Shown piece by piece: positions 38,589 to 46,991 of a DNA stretch of 64,000 bases (its first letter is position 1; the number at the start of each line of letters is the position of its first letter). Origin of the DNA: a virus; the IMG/VR virus record IMGVR_UViG_3300048997_000130, positions 32,001 to 96,000 of that record; one strand, 5' to 3'. The notes under the pieces were generated by a model, which ran no database searches, was not told where the DNA came from, and saw only the letters and a list, made by a program, of their open reading frames with translations. Position numbers and translations under genes: made by a program.

Positions 38589-39740
38589 TTATTGATCGAG
38601 TAAACGGCTGGCAATGCTAAATAAATCAAAACTATGTTTTGATTTAGCACCTTTAGGATCAGTCTTAGTGCCTGGATCTGCAAGGCGCTTAGTTAGACGC
38701 GCAAGATCGGCTTCTTCCTTGGGATTCAGTCCATCGGATTCTTGTTTTTCCTTCAAACGCGATAACTTCCGTTCATCCAAACCGCGTTGATAATCATCTT
38801 TCCCTTTGGATTTAGCTTTTTCTAATTCACGAACAACACTCGGATCAACATCTGAAAAAAATTGATCTCGAAGCCGAACATAATCATTATATGACATTTC
38901 GGTTTCAATATATTTCCAAATTTCATCAAGTAATTTTTTACGTAAATCACCAACGAAACCGGACCAACGTTTGGCATTCTTCTCAAACAATTCCGGATAC
39001 TTCTCTTTTAAGGCCGAAGCTTGACCCATATTCTCTTTAATATCAGAACCAAATGAACCAATATCGTCTTCAAAGATCAAATCAAATAATTTCAGAGAAT
39101 CAGGAGATAATGCAGCTCGCAAATCTGGTAAGTGTTCATCAATCAATCCGATAAATTCTTTTATTGCCGCCTTATCATCCAGCGCTTTCCCTAACGCAGT
39201 TTCTTCTCCAGTTGGAATTCGCCCTTCAGCATCTTCGAAATTCCCGTCATCAGTTCGCCGGCCGAATGATTCGTCAATACCTTTTTCGTATTTTTTCTTG
39301 GTTGTCTTGGATTGTGATTGTCCCATAGCTGTCGATTTGATATTGGAATACATCGCCTCAAGAGCTTCTTTCGGTGATTTGAAATCACGAGTGAAATCCC
39401 AAGATTTAGGGTCTTTCCTCGGAATAGGACCATTTTCATCGTGTTGAACAACACCATTCGCATCAGTTTCGTATTTAGATCCAGTCGTTATATAAGTTAG
39501 GAAGTCTTGGACCGAATCCATTGCATCAGAATCATTGCCTTGGAGTTGTCTCCGAGCAATATTCATCAAGTCTCGGCCGATTTGGCCGGGAGTCTTATCG
39601 ACCTTCTGACCCGGGAACTGTTTATTTAAAACATCAATAATTGCTTTCCCGAACTGCGTCTCAATATCCGCATATAATCGGAATAAAGCAAGAATCAACC
39701 GGACAGAATTTGCGATATGAACACGGGAGTAGGTAGCCAT
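38589..39740 (-). CDS. diverged sigma-like / HTH protein
   Basis: RRQLQGNDSDAMDSVQDFLTYI resembles ECF region 2; LSPDSLKLFDLIF resembles the start of region 4. Confidence 0.45.
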   Translation of the reverse strand: MATYSRVHIANSVRLILALFRLYADIETQFGKAIIDVLNKQFPGQKVDKTPGQIGRDLMNIARRQLQGNDSDAMDSVQDFLTYITTGSKYETDANGVVQHDENGPIPRKDPKSWDFTRDFKSPKEALEAMYSNIKSTAMGQSQSKTTKKKYEKGIDESFGRRTDDGNFEDAEGRIPTGEETALGKALDDKAAIKEFIGLIDEHLPDLRAALSPDSLKLFDLIFEDDIGSFGSDIKENMGQASALKEKYPELFEKNAKRWSGFVGDLRKKLLDEIWKYIETEMSYNDYVRLRDQFFSDVDPSVVRELEKAKSKGKDDYQRGLDERKLSRLKEKQESDGLNPKEEADLARLTKRLADPGTKTDPKGAKSKHSFDLFSIASRLLDQ

Positions 39741-39769
39741 CGAATTTAGCTACCTACTAAAGGTTTAGT

Positions 39770-41206
39770 TTAGATTGAAACTGGATTGATATTCAATCGA
39801 GTAGCACGCAATCGGGCTGCTACAATTTTATCTCGAGGATAATTGAAATAACTCGACATCATATCTTCAGATATTCCCATAAGATGCAGCCGAGAAAATA
39901 AATCAGTCCGTGCCAATACGCATGATCCAAAAGCACGAATGCCGAATAAATCGGCTCTAGAACAAGAATAACGCTGGCATACAGCGTCGACTACTGATTC
40001 AATCGTAATATCAATATGCGCTATTTTCAATTTCTCAAGTGCAATATTCCGAATCTTATTAATGACATGTGGTTCAATTCCAACAGTTTTGGCATATTGA
40101 CGAACCGTTACTTCCATCAAATCCACGGCTAACAATGCATCACGTTCTTCATTATTTAACTGCGCTGATGCGATGAGTGATGCAATATCTCGTTGGCATT
40201 CCACATTCATATATGAAGCCGCAGAATCTTTATCTCCGGGAATGTTAGATACATATTCATTATCATTGATCACATCATGGTTAGATACTTCTGAATTATC
40301 AGATATTGACTCGGAACCATATGATGTTCGAGACATATCATCAGTTCGACTCAATCGTTTGAAATCATTGATGGTTTCATTATTTATGATTCGACTAACA
40401 TATGCTAAAAGCCCGGCATCAATACCTGGAGGTTGCCCATTAATAGGAGCCAATCTCATAATATATTGAGGTGTCGAAAAAACCATATTGGTTTTGCGCC
40501 AACGTCTTAGGAATCCTTGCAATTGAGAATCGTTCCAGCGCATACGTTTCAATGTTGGAATCAAATCGGCGTTTTGCCAATCGGTGGCAAGCGTGATTCC
40601 ACGAGCTCGAAGCGAAGCCAAACCTCGTTTGCATTCATTACATTCTTTAGGTGACATACCAACATGATTGCGTCGATAGCATTCATGTTCAGTCAATTCT
40701 GCTGGCAAAATGCGCCCCTGTCGCCACAAAGATTGTAATTTATGATATTCATGTGGTTCATATGCCAATAACTGCAACATATGATCGCTATCTATCGTAT
40801 GATTCTGAATCGAATAAAAATAGCGTTCATGATTAAATCGAGCGAAATGAAGTAAATCCGAAACTCGCCAGAGCGAAGTGGATTCAGTCCGGTGACCAAC
40901 CACTGGTTTCAAAGTCCCAATGAAAGTTATTGGAGCTCCACCAAGAATGCGTTCGGCTTGAGTCTTATCAACAAGTTCTTCTTTCAAATGTTTGAAAAAC
41001 CAACGAGCTGTAAATTCTTTCTGCAGAAGTCGGCAACGAACTCGCTGCACAGAATCAGCTATTCTAGATTTATCTCGTTTAAATAAACGAGCCACGCGCA
41101 TATGTGTCCATTGATACCATTGTTTAAGGAAAAATTGTTCATCTGGAATAGGAACAGGTTTATAACAACATTCGGAATCAATAGAATCTATCGCATTCTT
41201 GTTCAT
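39770..41206 (-). CDS. sigma-70/ECF-like protein with large insertion, fused to a DnaA domain-IV-like HTH
   Basis: IADSVQRVRCRLL and YVSRIINNETINDFKR (region 2), LNNEERDALL...TVRQYAKTVG...ALEKLK (region 4), then IESVVDAVCQRYSCSRADLFG...VLARTDL. Confidence 0.6.
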   Translation of the reverse strand: MNKNAIDSIDSECCYKPVPIPDEQFFLKQWYQWTHMRVARLFKRDKSRIADSVQRVRCRLLQKEFTARWFFKHLKEELVDKTQAERILGGAPITFIGTLKPVVGHRTESTSLWRVSDLLHFARFNHERYFYSIQNHTIDSDHMLQLLAYEPHEYHKLQSLWRQGRILPAELTEHECYRRNHVGMSPKECNECKRGLASLRARGITLATDWQNADLIPTLKRMRWNDSQLQGFLRRWRKTNMVFSTPQYIMRLAPINGQPPGIDAGLLAYVSRIINNETINDFKRLSRTDDMSRTSYGSESISDNSEVSNHDVINDNEYVSNIPGDKDSAASYMNVECQRDIASLIASAQLNNEERDALLAVDLMEVTVRQYAKTVGIEPHVINKIRNIALEKLKIAHIDITIESVVDAVCQRYSCSRADLFGIRAFGSCVLARTDLFSRLHLMGISEDMMSSYFNYPRDKIVAARLRATRLNINPVSI

Positions 41207-41302
41207 CTAAAATCTCCTTGCGGTGATCACTTCACCGGCTTAATGGAGTCAGTTAAAACTGGCTTGCCATATAATATCACATAGTAAGGAACATTGGCAA
41301 TA

Positions 41303-42115
41303 TTATAAGTCCAGTTCTGGGATTTCCGGACTGACGATGGGAGAAATATTTAGAATATTCAATACTTCAGAATCCGGAAGAGGAGGACGAGAACGCGCTA
41401 ACCAACTCTGAGCCAATCGGACTCGCGAACGAGATACTGCTTGACCATCAGGATTATTACATTTTCCAGAAGCAAAAGCCGATAATCGCTCTTCGAGCGG
41501 TAATCGAGAACAAGCTGAAAATGATTGACGAGCCATACGGAGCCCGACACGATAACACTTAGTTCTATCTTGGACTAAGTCTTCACCACCCCAACCACGG
41601 GAAAAAGTCGGATCGTAAATGAATTTATAACCTGAATTGGTCAACAAAATCCGAGTCTTGGTTTTCCCATCATGATTAGGTTTATCCAACTGAATTTGAA
41701 CTAAACACCACGATCTTCCGCTATCACCACGAGATTGTGAGCCAAGCCCTAAGTCAACATCTTTCCTGTAACCGCTTTCGAAGAATGAAATAGACATCAG
41801 AAGAGCTAATGTTTGAGCCCTTCCATATTTCCCTTGGAATATTGGTTTTTCGGCCGGATCGTACGCCACATGAATGGCAGAAGTAGCGATTTCTTCATAA
41901 CGAATCCGTCCAATATCGGATGATTCTTGAGCGACTTTTATAAAAGAACGACCCGGAGGAGACCAAGTAAGCATTCGATTCACTGCCCATTGATGAAGCG
42001 ATGTTACGTCTTGAGACGTTCTTCCAGAATCATCATTAGCATAACTGACATGAGGACATATAGAAATTAAGAGTATTGATATGATAACTGTTAATATAAT
42101 ATATACGATCCGCAT
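41303..42115 (-). CDS. secreted/anchored lytic transglycosylase-like protein
   Basis: N-terminal signal/TM; LMSISFFESGY (catalytic Glu) and GDSGRSWCLVQI. Confidence 0.6.
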   Translation of the reverse strand: MRIVYIILTVIISILLISICPHVSYANDDSGRTSQDVTSLHQWAVNRMLTWSPPGRSFIKVAQESSDIGRIRYEEIATSAIHVAYDPAEKPIFQGKYGRAQTLALLMSISFFESGYRKDVDLGLGSQSRGDSGRSWCLVQIQLDKPNHDGKTKTRILLTNSGYKFIYDPTFSRGWGGEDLVQDRTKCYRVGLRMARQSFSACSRLPLEERLSAFASGKCNNPDGQAVSRSRVRLAQSWLARSRPPLPDSEVLNILNISPIVSPEIPELDL

Positions 42116-42188
42116 ATTGACACCTGCTTCAAGATTAGATGGAACGGAACTTACTGCGGAAATTTTAAAAAGTCAATGATTTGAGGAA

Positions 42189-42455
42189 TTATCTATTCGA
42201 ACAAGGTTCCCATTCCATATATTGGACAAGCCCTGAACGTTTAGAAGTCAATTTTTCATTAGATATGTACGTGAGTTTACAATTCTTTAAATAATATTTC
42301 CCTTTGATTTCTCGAATTTTCCTTGGATCTTTGGGATTCCTCAACACTAGATCGAATTCTATGATCGTTCCTACAGCCAAATGAGGCATAGGAATGACAC
42401 TATATTCCATATGAACAGGAAGATCCAAAAAAATAAAATAAGTCTTCATATTCAT
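42189..42455 (-). CDS. hypothetical protein
   Basis: 88-aa ORF. Confidence 0.5.
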   Translation of the reverse strand: MNMKTYFIFLDLPVHMEYSVIPMPHLAVGTIIEFDLVLRNPKDPRKIREIKGKYYLKNCKLTYISNEKLTSKRSGLVQYMEWEPCSNR

Positions 42456-42701
42456 ATGAATACCATCACATTCTATTTAATAACATATATATTTTTTTAT
42501 TCTTTTTTCTTAACTTTCTTCCAACAACAACATTTCTTTTTCTATTGAATTTTCTACTGCTGTCACTTCTACTACTGCTGTTGCTTCTACTGTTCCTACT
42601 GCTACTACGTTCGTTTCCACTGAGTTATCATGCTTTGGAAAAGCATTTGTTGATTTCTTTGTTTATTAATAAACATAGAATGAGATCAAAAAAGAATAAA
42701 G

Positions 42702-42742
42702 AAAAATAAAAAGATCTAAAAAATAAAAAGATCTTTTTATTT
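42702..42742. repeat. 16-bp direct repeat with overlapping 22-bp perfect palindrome
   Basis: AAAAATAAAAAGATCT at 42702-42717 and 42719-42734; AAATAAAAAGATCTTTTTATTT (42721-42742) is self-complementary. Confidence 0.85.
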
Positions 42743-43000
42743 GCTATAGAGGGGCGATGAACGCAAGATTCAGCTACTCTATAGGATCGCAGGTCCAGTG
42801 TCTTTGGATTGTCTGACGGATCTTCAGTTATTCTAGGTTTTCTGGGTAATCCCACCAAAGGATCATGGATGATGAAAGACTCGTTAACACTTCTAGCAGC
42901 ATCCATGGAGGATCCATGTATTGTCATTTGTAGATCCTCGGCCCATTCCATGCGAATATACTCTACATTCAAAAGAATTCGAAGAAATTCATAGAATAAT

Positions 43001-43034
43001 TATAATAGTAATAGGCCGGTTAACCGGCCTATTA
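43001..43034 (+). promoter_or_regulatory. TATAAT box followed by a 26-bp perfect palindrome
   Basis: TATAAT at 43001-43006; TAATAGGCCGGTTAACCGGCCTATTA at 43009-43034, 15 bp before the ATG at 43050. Confidence 0.6.
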
Positions 43035-43049
43035 GAATAGTTAATCAAA

Positions 43050-43835
43050 ATGATGAAAAAAAGCAGCAAGAAAACCAAGAAACCGAAAAAAGCTTCGGAT
43101 TTGAAACGAGAAAAAGATAATAAACAAAAATTGCTTGATAAAGCCATTGAAGACTGCGTCTACAGGGCTTCATCTTCCAAAGAACGTGAATATTTCCGAG
43201 CAATGATAGTGGAACTCGTTAAGAATAATGTTATCCCTAAAGAATTATTAGACGCAGTCCCCGCTCGTCCAGAAGATACTCAGAAGACTCGTTTTGAGCA
43301 GTTATATGATATGGCTTTGTTCCTAGCATTTCCTGGATATGATCATGAGACTCTAAGGAAATTATTAGGTCCAGAGTCAGAAGATCTCGAAGATTTGAAA
43401 ATCTGGAGGGTGATGTTGCCCCCTAAATTCAAAATAACTCATGTGCTCATTCGGGCAACTGATTTTCGACAAGCATTCGCTTTAGGGTGTGATTATGCCT
43501 GTCGAATGTCCCTGAGGCTTTATAGAAAGATTCCTGTTGACTTAACTATCCGTATTCAATTCGTGAGTCTAAGAAGTGTTCGAAGGATGCTCGAGCTCCG
43601 TTGGGCTAATCGAATGCAGTTGCGACGGAAATATAGACTCGTTGGCCGTGAATTCACCAGTAAAGAACTCACAGGGGCTCGAATGGTGGCTTTAGGGAGT
43701 CCGACCCATCCGGAATATAATATATTCAAATATGCGGAATGGAGAGATCTAATTAAGATTTTGAAGAGTGGGAATCAAATAAGAATTTCTTCGGTCGAAA
43801 CTGAAACCTTCCGACCAACCATCAATGATGATTAA
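43050..43835 (+). CDS. basic hypothetical protein
   Basis: 261 aa, Lys/Arg-rich; first gene after the strand switch. Confidence 0.6.
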   Translation: MMKKSSKKTKKPKKASDLKREKDNKQKLLDKAIEDCVYRASSSKEREYFRAMIVELVKNNVIPKELLDAVPARPEDTQKTRFEQLYDMALFLAFPGYDHETLRKLLGPESEDLEDLKIWRVMLPPKFKITHVLIRATDFRQAFALGCDYACRMSLRLYRKIPVDLTIRIQFVSLRSVRRMLELRWANRMQLRRKYRLVGREFTSKELTGARMVALGSPTHPEYNIFKYAEWRDLIKILKSGNQIRISSVETETFRPTINDD

Positions 43836-44020
43836 TATGATAGTATCATCCGGGCTTCGGAAATACTTTCTTTTGAATTCATATATTATATATGGCTATT
43901 AGATTAGCTTCTAAAGATCACAGCGTCTCGGAAATATCTCTTCGAGATTCGAACCCTATTAATAGTTATTGATGGTATATTAATATATAATCCAAATATT
44001 GAAAGAAAAGATAACTAAAT

Positions 44021-45202
44021 ATGCAAGCTGGCAAATTCAATATAATAATCGACGGGTTTTGGGGTTCTTCAGGAAAAGGTAAGATATCTACATACCTCGC
44101 CGATCAATATAATTCTACATTCATATCATCGGCCAATTATCCGAATGCAGGTCATAGTGCTGTGTTTGAGAACGGCGTCAAATTCGTTGCCAAAGCCATT
44201 CCGACTTCAGCCATTCTCAAGAAGGTCAAAGGCACAGACATACAGTGTTTCCTTTCTCCTGGATCTGGATTCAATCCCATACAACTCTTAAAAGAATGGG
44301 AAGAATGCGACAGACCAAACATATTTATCCACGATCGAGCCTCAATAATGACTTCAGAACATGCACTTCGGGAGCGAGAAGGTTCGGATTCGACCAAACA
44401 CATTGCCTCCACCATGCAAGGTTCTGGAGTCGCTATAGCAGATAAAATAATGCGTAGACCGGATGTTCAATTAGCAAAGAATTGGGATCCGAAAGTGACC
44501 CTTCATGATAATGATCATCTTGAATCTGTGTTTGGGGATGATCTCGAGCGGATCCGAATTACGGATGGAATGGAATTCAGGAATTTAGTTCATTCTATGG
44601 TTAATAACGGGCAAACTTGGCTCCATGAAGGTTCCCAAGGTTATTCGTTGTCCATAGATCATGGGTCACAATATCCATATACTACGAGCAGGAACTGCGG
44701 AGTTCAAGCCGCCATGGATTATATGGCGATCCCACCTCAAATAGTTGGTGATGTATATTTGAATCTTCGTACTTATCCTATTCGAGTAGGGAATGTTGTT
44801 GAAAATGGACAACAACTCGGATACTCAGGTGATTTTTATCCGGATTGCACGGAACTCACTTGGAAAGAAGTTGCCCGGCGAGCTGGAATGCCTGATGAAG
44901 AAGCTCAAATGCTAGCTGAACGCGAGCGGACTACAGTGACAAAACGAATTAGAAGGGTTTGTAATTTTTCGTATCTTGGATTACAAGATGCCGTGAGAAC
45001 GAATGGTGCGACCAAACTTTCCATGAATTTTATTCAATATATTGATTGGTCTGACGCTGGTTTACGAGGAGGAAAAGAAGCTTTCAAGAAGCTTTCCAAG
45101 AAAAGCAGAACTTTCATTGATAAAGTCGAAGAAGTTGCTGGAGTCCCGGTTGTTCTTATTGGAACAGGCGCCAGTCATGAAGAAATCATTAATTTGCTGT
45201 AA
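44021..45202 (+). CDS. purZ: PurZ-type N6-succino-2-amino-2'-deoxyadenylate synthetase (adenylosuccinate synthetase family)
   Basis: WGSSGKGK (Ser where PurA has the catalytic Asp of GDEGKGK), PNAGHS, ASTMQGSG, EGSQGYSLS, YPYTTSRNC, YPIRVG, YPDCTELTW, TTVTKRIRRV, and NFIQY in place of the PurA KLD guanine-specificity motif. Confidence 0.85.
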   Translation: MQAGKFNIIIDGFWGSSGKGKISTYLADQYNSTFISSANYPNAGHSAVFENGVKFVAKAIPTSAILKKVKGTDIQCFLSPGSGFNPIQLLKEWEECDRPNIFIHDRASIMTSEHALREREGSDSTKHIASTMQGSGVAIADKIMRRPDVQLAKNWDPKVTLHDNDHLESVFGDDLERIRITDGMEFRNLVHSMVNNGQTWLHEGSQGYSLSIDHGSQYPYTTSRNCGVQAAMDYMAIPPQIVGDVYLNLRTYPIRVGNVVENGQQLGYSGDFYPDCTELTWKEVARRAGMPDEEAQMLAERERTTVTKRIRRVCNFSYLGLQDAVRTNGATKLSMNFIQYIDWSDAGLRGGKEAFKKLSKKSRTFIDKVEEVAGVPVVLIGTGASHEEIINLL

Positions 45203-45865
45203 ATGGCAAAATCTAAGCATGGGCATTATGTTGGAAATAAACCAAGCCCAGAATATTATACGTGGCGTTCTATTAAAGCAAGATGTTTAAATCCAAAACA
45301 TCATAATTATGATGTTTATGGTGGAGCTGGAATAATTTTAGATGAAGTCTGGGCATCTAATTTTGAAATATTCTTACGTGATATCGGGCTTCGTCCTTCA
45401 CGGCATCATACTTTAGATAGAATCAAAAATGATTTAGGATATGTTCCAGGCAATGTTAGATGGGCAACTCGACACATTCAAAATCGGAATCGCAGTGATA
45501 ATCATTGGATTACGTTTAATAATGAGACATTATGTCTCAAAGATTGGGCTAATAAATTAGGTTGTACGCCCAATGCAATACGTACAAGGGTATTACGTGG
45601 TTGGTCTTGGGAAGCTGCGGTTAGTACTCTACCCAATCCAAAATTACAAACCAAAAAGAAAATATATAATCAATTAGAGACAATCGATAAAGATATTAAG
45701 GTACATATTACACAACAAGCAATAAAATTATATAATGGCGGACAATTGATTCGATCTATAACGAAACATGAATTAAATAATGATAAATCGTTGTCGAATT
45801 CGATATCCAATATTATTGATATAATTCGTGTTTTAGAATCAAATACTATAGCTACGCCGATTTGA
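45203..45865 (+). CDS. free-standing HNH homing endonuclease
   Basis: YYTWRSIKARC...YGGAGI...TLDRIKNDLGYVPGNVRWATRHIQNRNR; abuts the purZ stop. Confidence 0.85.
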   Translation: MAKSKHGHYVGNKPSPEYYTWRSIKARCLNPKHHNYDVYGGAGIILDEVWASNFEIFLRDIGLRPSRHHTLDRIKNDLGYVPGNVRWATRHIQNRNRSDNHWITFNNETLCLKDWANKLGCTPNAIRTRVLRGWSWEAAVSTLPNPKLQTKKKIYNQLETIDKDIKVHITQQAIKLYNGGQLIRSITKHELNNDKSLSNSISNIIDIIRVLESNTIATPI

Positions 45866-45895
45866 AAGCCTCTAGTATAATTCTGATATTCAGTA

Positions 45896-46144
45896 ATGGA
45901 TATTCCTAAAGTTTTCCAAACCGGCGTAGCGACAACTGTTCTCAATAAATTTGGGAACCGAGTTTATATTGGTCAGCATGAATTGAAATTCATAAAAAGC
46001 ATTTCAATTCATGCTGACATCCCCTTAGATAAATACCAAGTCACTATTCAATTTCAAAGTCCAGAGACGCTTGACGTCCAAGACGAAATTGAAGAACAAA
46101 TTCGAATTGTTAAGACTTGCGCGTGGATTTCTGTCGTCGAGTAG
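45896..46144 (+). CDS. hypothetical protein
   Basis: 82-aa ORF. Confidence 0.45.
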   Translation: MDIPKVFQTGVATTVLNKFGNRVYIGQHELKFIKSISIHADIPLDKYQVTIQFQSPETLDVQDEIEEQIRIVKTCAWISVVE

Positions 46145-46415
46145 AACGAACTTTTTTAGCGTTTCGCTTAGCAGTGAGTTCACGCATGATTTGAATTAAA
46201 TAGGCCGTACACCGATATCCATACATCTCGTCTTGATTTTTGAATTTGGTATCAGCTTCAAACAGTTTGATAGTTTGAAATTCAACTTCGAATTTTTCAG
46301 GATTTTTTATATAGCGGCGCATCCATTCATTGAATGCTTGCGCCATATAAATATTAATATTTGGATTTGAATTTTTGGATTGTAACCGGGACTTATTTAT
46401 TGTTTTAGATTTCAT
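46110..46415 (-). CDS. hypothetical protein with basic tail
   Basis: 101-aa ORF. Confidence 0.5.
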   Translation of the reverse strand: MKSKTINKSRLQSKNSNPNINIYMAQAFNEWMRRYIKNPEKFEVEFQTIKLFEADTKFKNQDEMYGYRCTAYLIQIMRELTAKRNAKKVRSTRRQKSTRKS

Positions 46416-46975
46416 TATGGTGACTTCTTTTTGCGTTTTAAATGAATACCAATTTGATCGGTATTCTCAATCATATATTTATGAACTGAATTGAAATATC
46501 CAGCTATCGGATGTGCTGCATCTTTTCGCATTAATCGTTCTAAAATCAACATATTTTCATAATCGGAAAACAACCAATTTTCAGTTATCGGGACTCCGGG
46601 ACTAATTTGACTCCAAACATTTCCAAATGGCAGCATTATTAATACGTATTCAGTCTTTTGGAAATGCGGAGGACTAGAAGTCGGTATGAATTCTTCACGG
46701 CGTTTAACCGAAAAAAAGACTCCAGGAGGTAAATCTATTCCGTTAGGAGTTTGAGTTACCCATCGTTTAATACTTACCCACTTAACTTCAGGGGTTTTTA
46801 TACCTGACAGTTTTCGACATTTTAAAGAACAACTATATAACGCTGATGGTGATAGTTCACATGTCCATGGTCGGAAGTCCGATGGTAAATCGGTATTTAC
46901 ATGTAGTTCATTAAACCAAAAAACTCCAAGCGATGTTATGCGTTGTTGTAATGTTGGTTTTTGTTCTTCATCCAT
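46415..46975 (-). CDS. hypothetical protein
   Basis: Probable start MDEEQK at 46975 (track start 47011 would overlap thyX). Confidence 0.55.
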   Translation of the reverse strand: MDEEQKPTLQQRITSLGVFWFNELHVNTDLPSDFRPWTCELSPSALYSCSLKCRKLSGIKTPEVKWVSIKRWVTQTPNGIDLPPGVFFSVKRREEFIPTSSPPHFQKTEYVLIMLPFGNVWSQISPGVPITENWLFSDYENMLILERLMRKDAAHPIAGYFNSVHKYMIENTDQIGIHLKRKKKSP

Positions 46976-46991
46976 AGAAAGACTCCATAAA

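Noticed and set aside
42628-42994. ORFs 42628-42972 (-) and 42809-42994 (+)
   Set aside because: They overlap each other across palindromes and low-complexity DNA (poly-Phe tail); no recognisable protein features.
43880-43920. Purine riboswitch upstream of purZ (ATATGG and TTCTA present)
   Set aside because: No P3 loop (CCGTAAA-like) and no closing P1 stem.
43944-43956. tRNA T-loop-like GGGTTCGAATCTC on the minus strand
   Set aside because: No D arm, anticodon arm or acceptor stem in the flanks.
44021-45202. Annotation as ordinary purA (auxiliary AMP synthesis)
   Set aside because: The catalytic Asp of GDEGKGK is Ser and the KLD GTP motif is replaced by NF; these match PurZ, not PurA.
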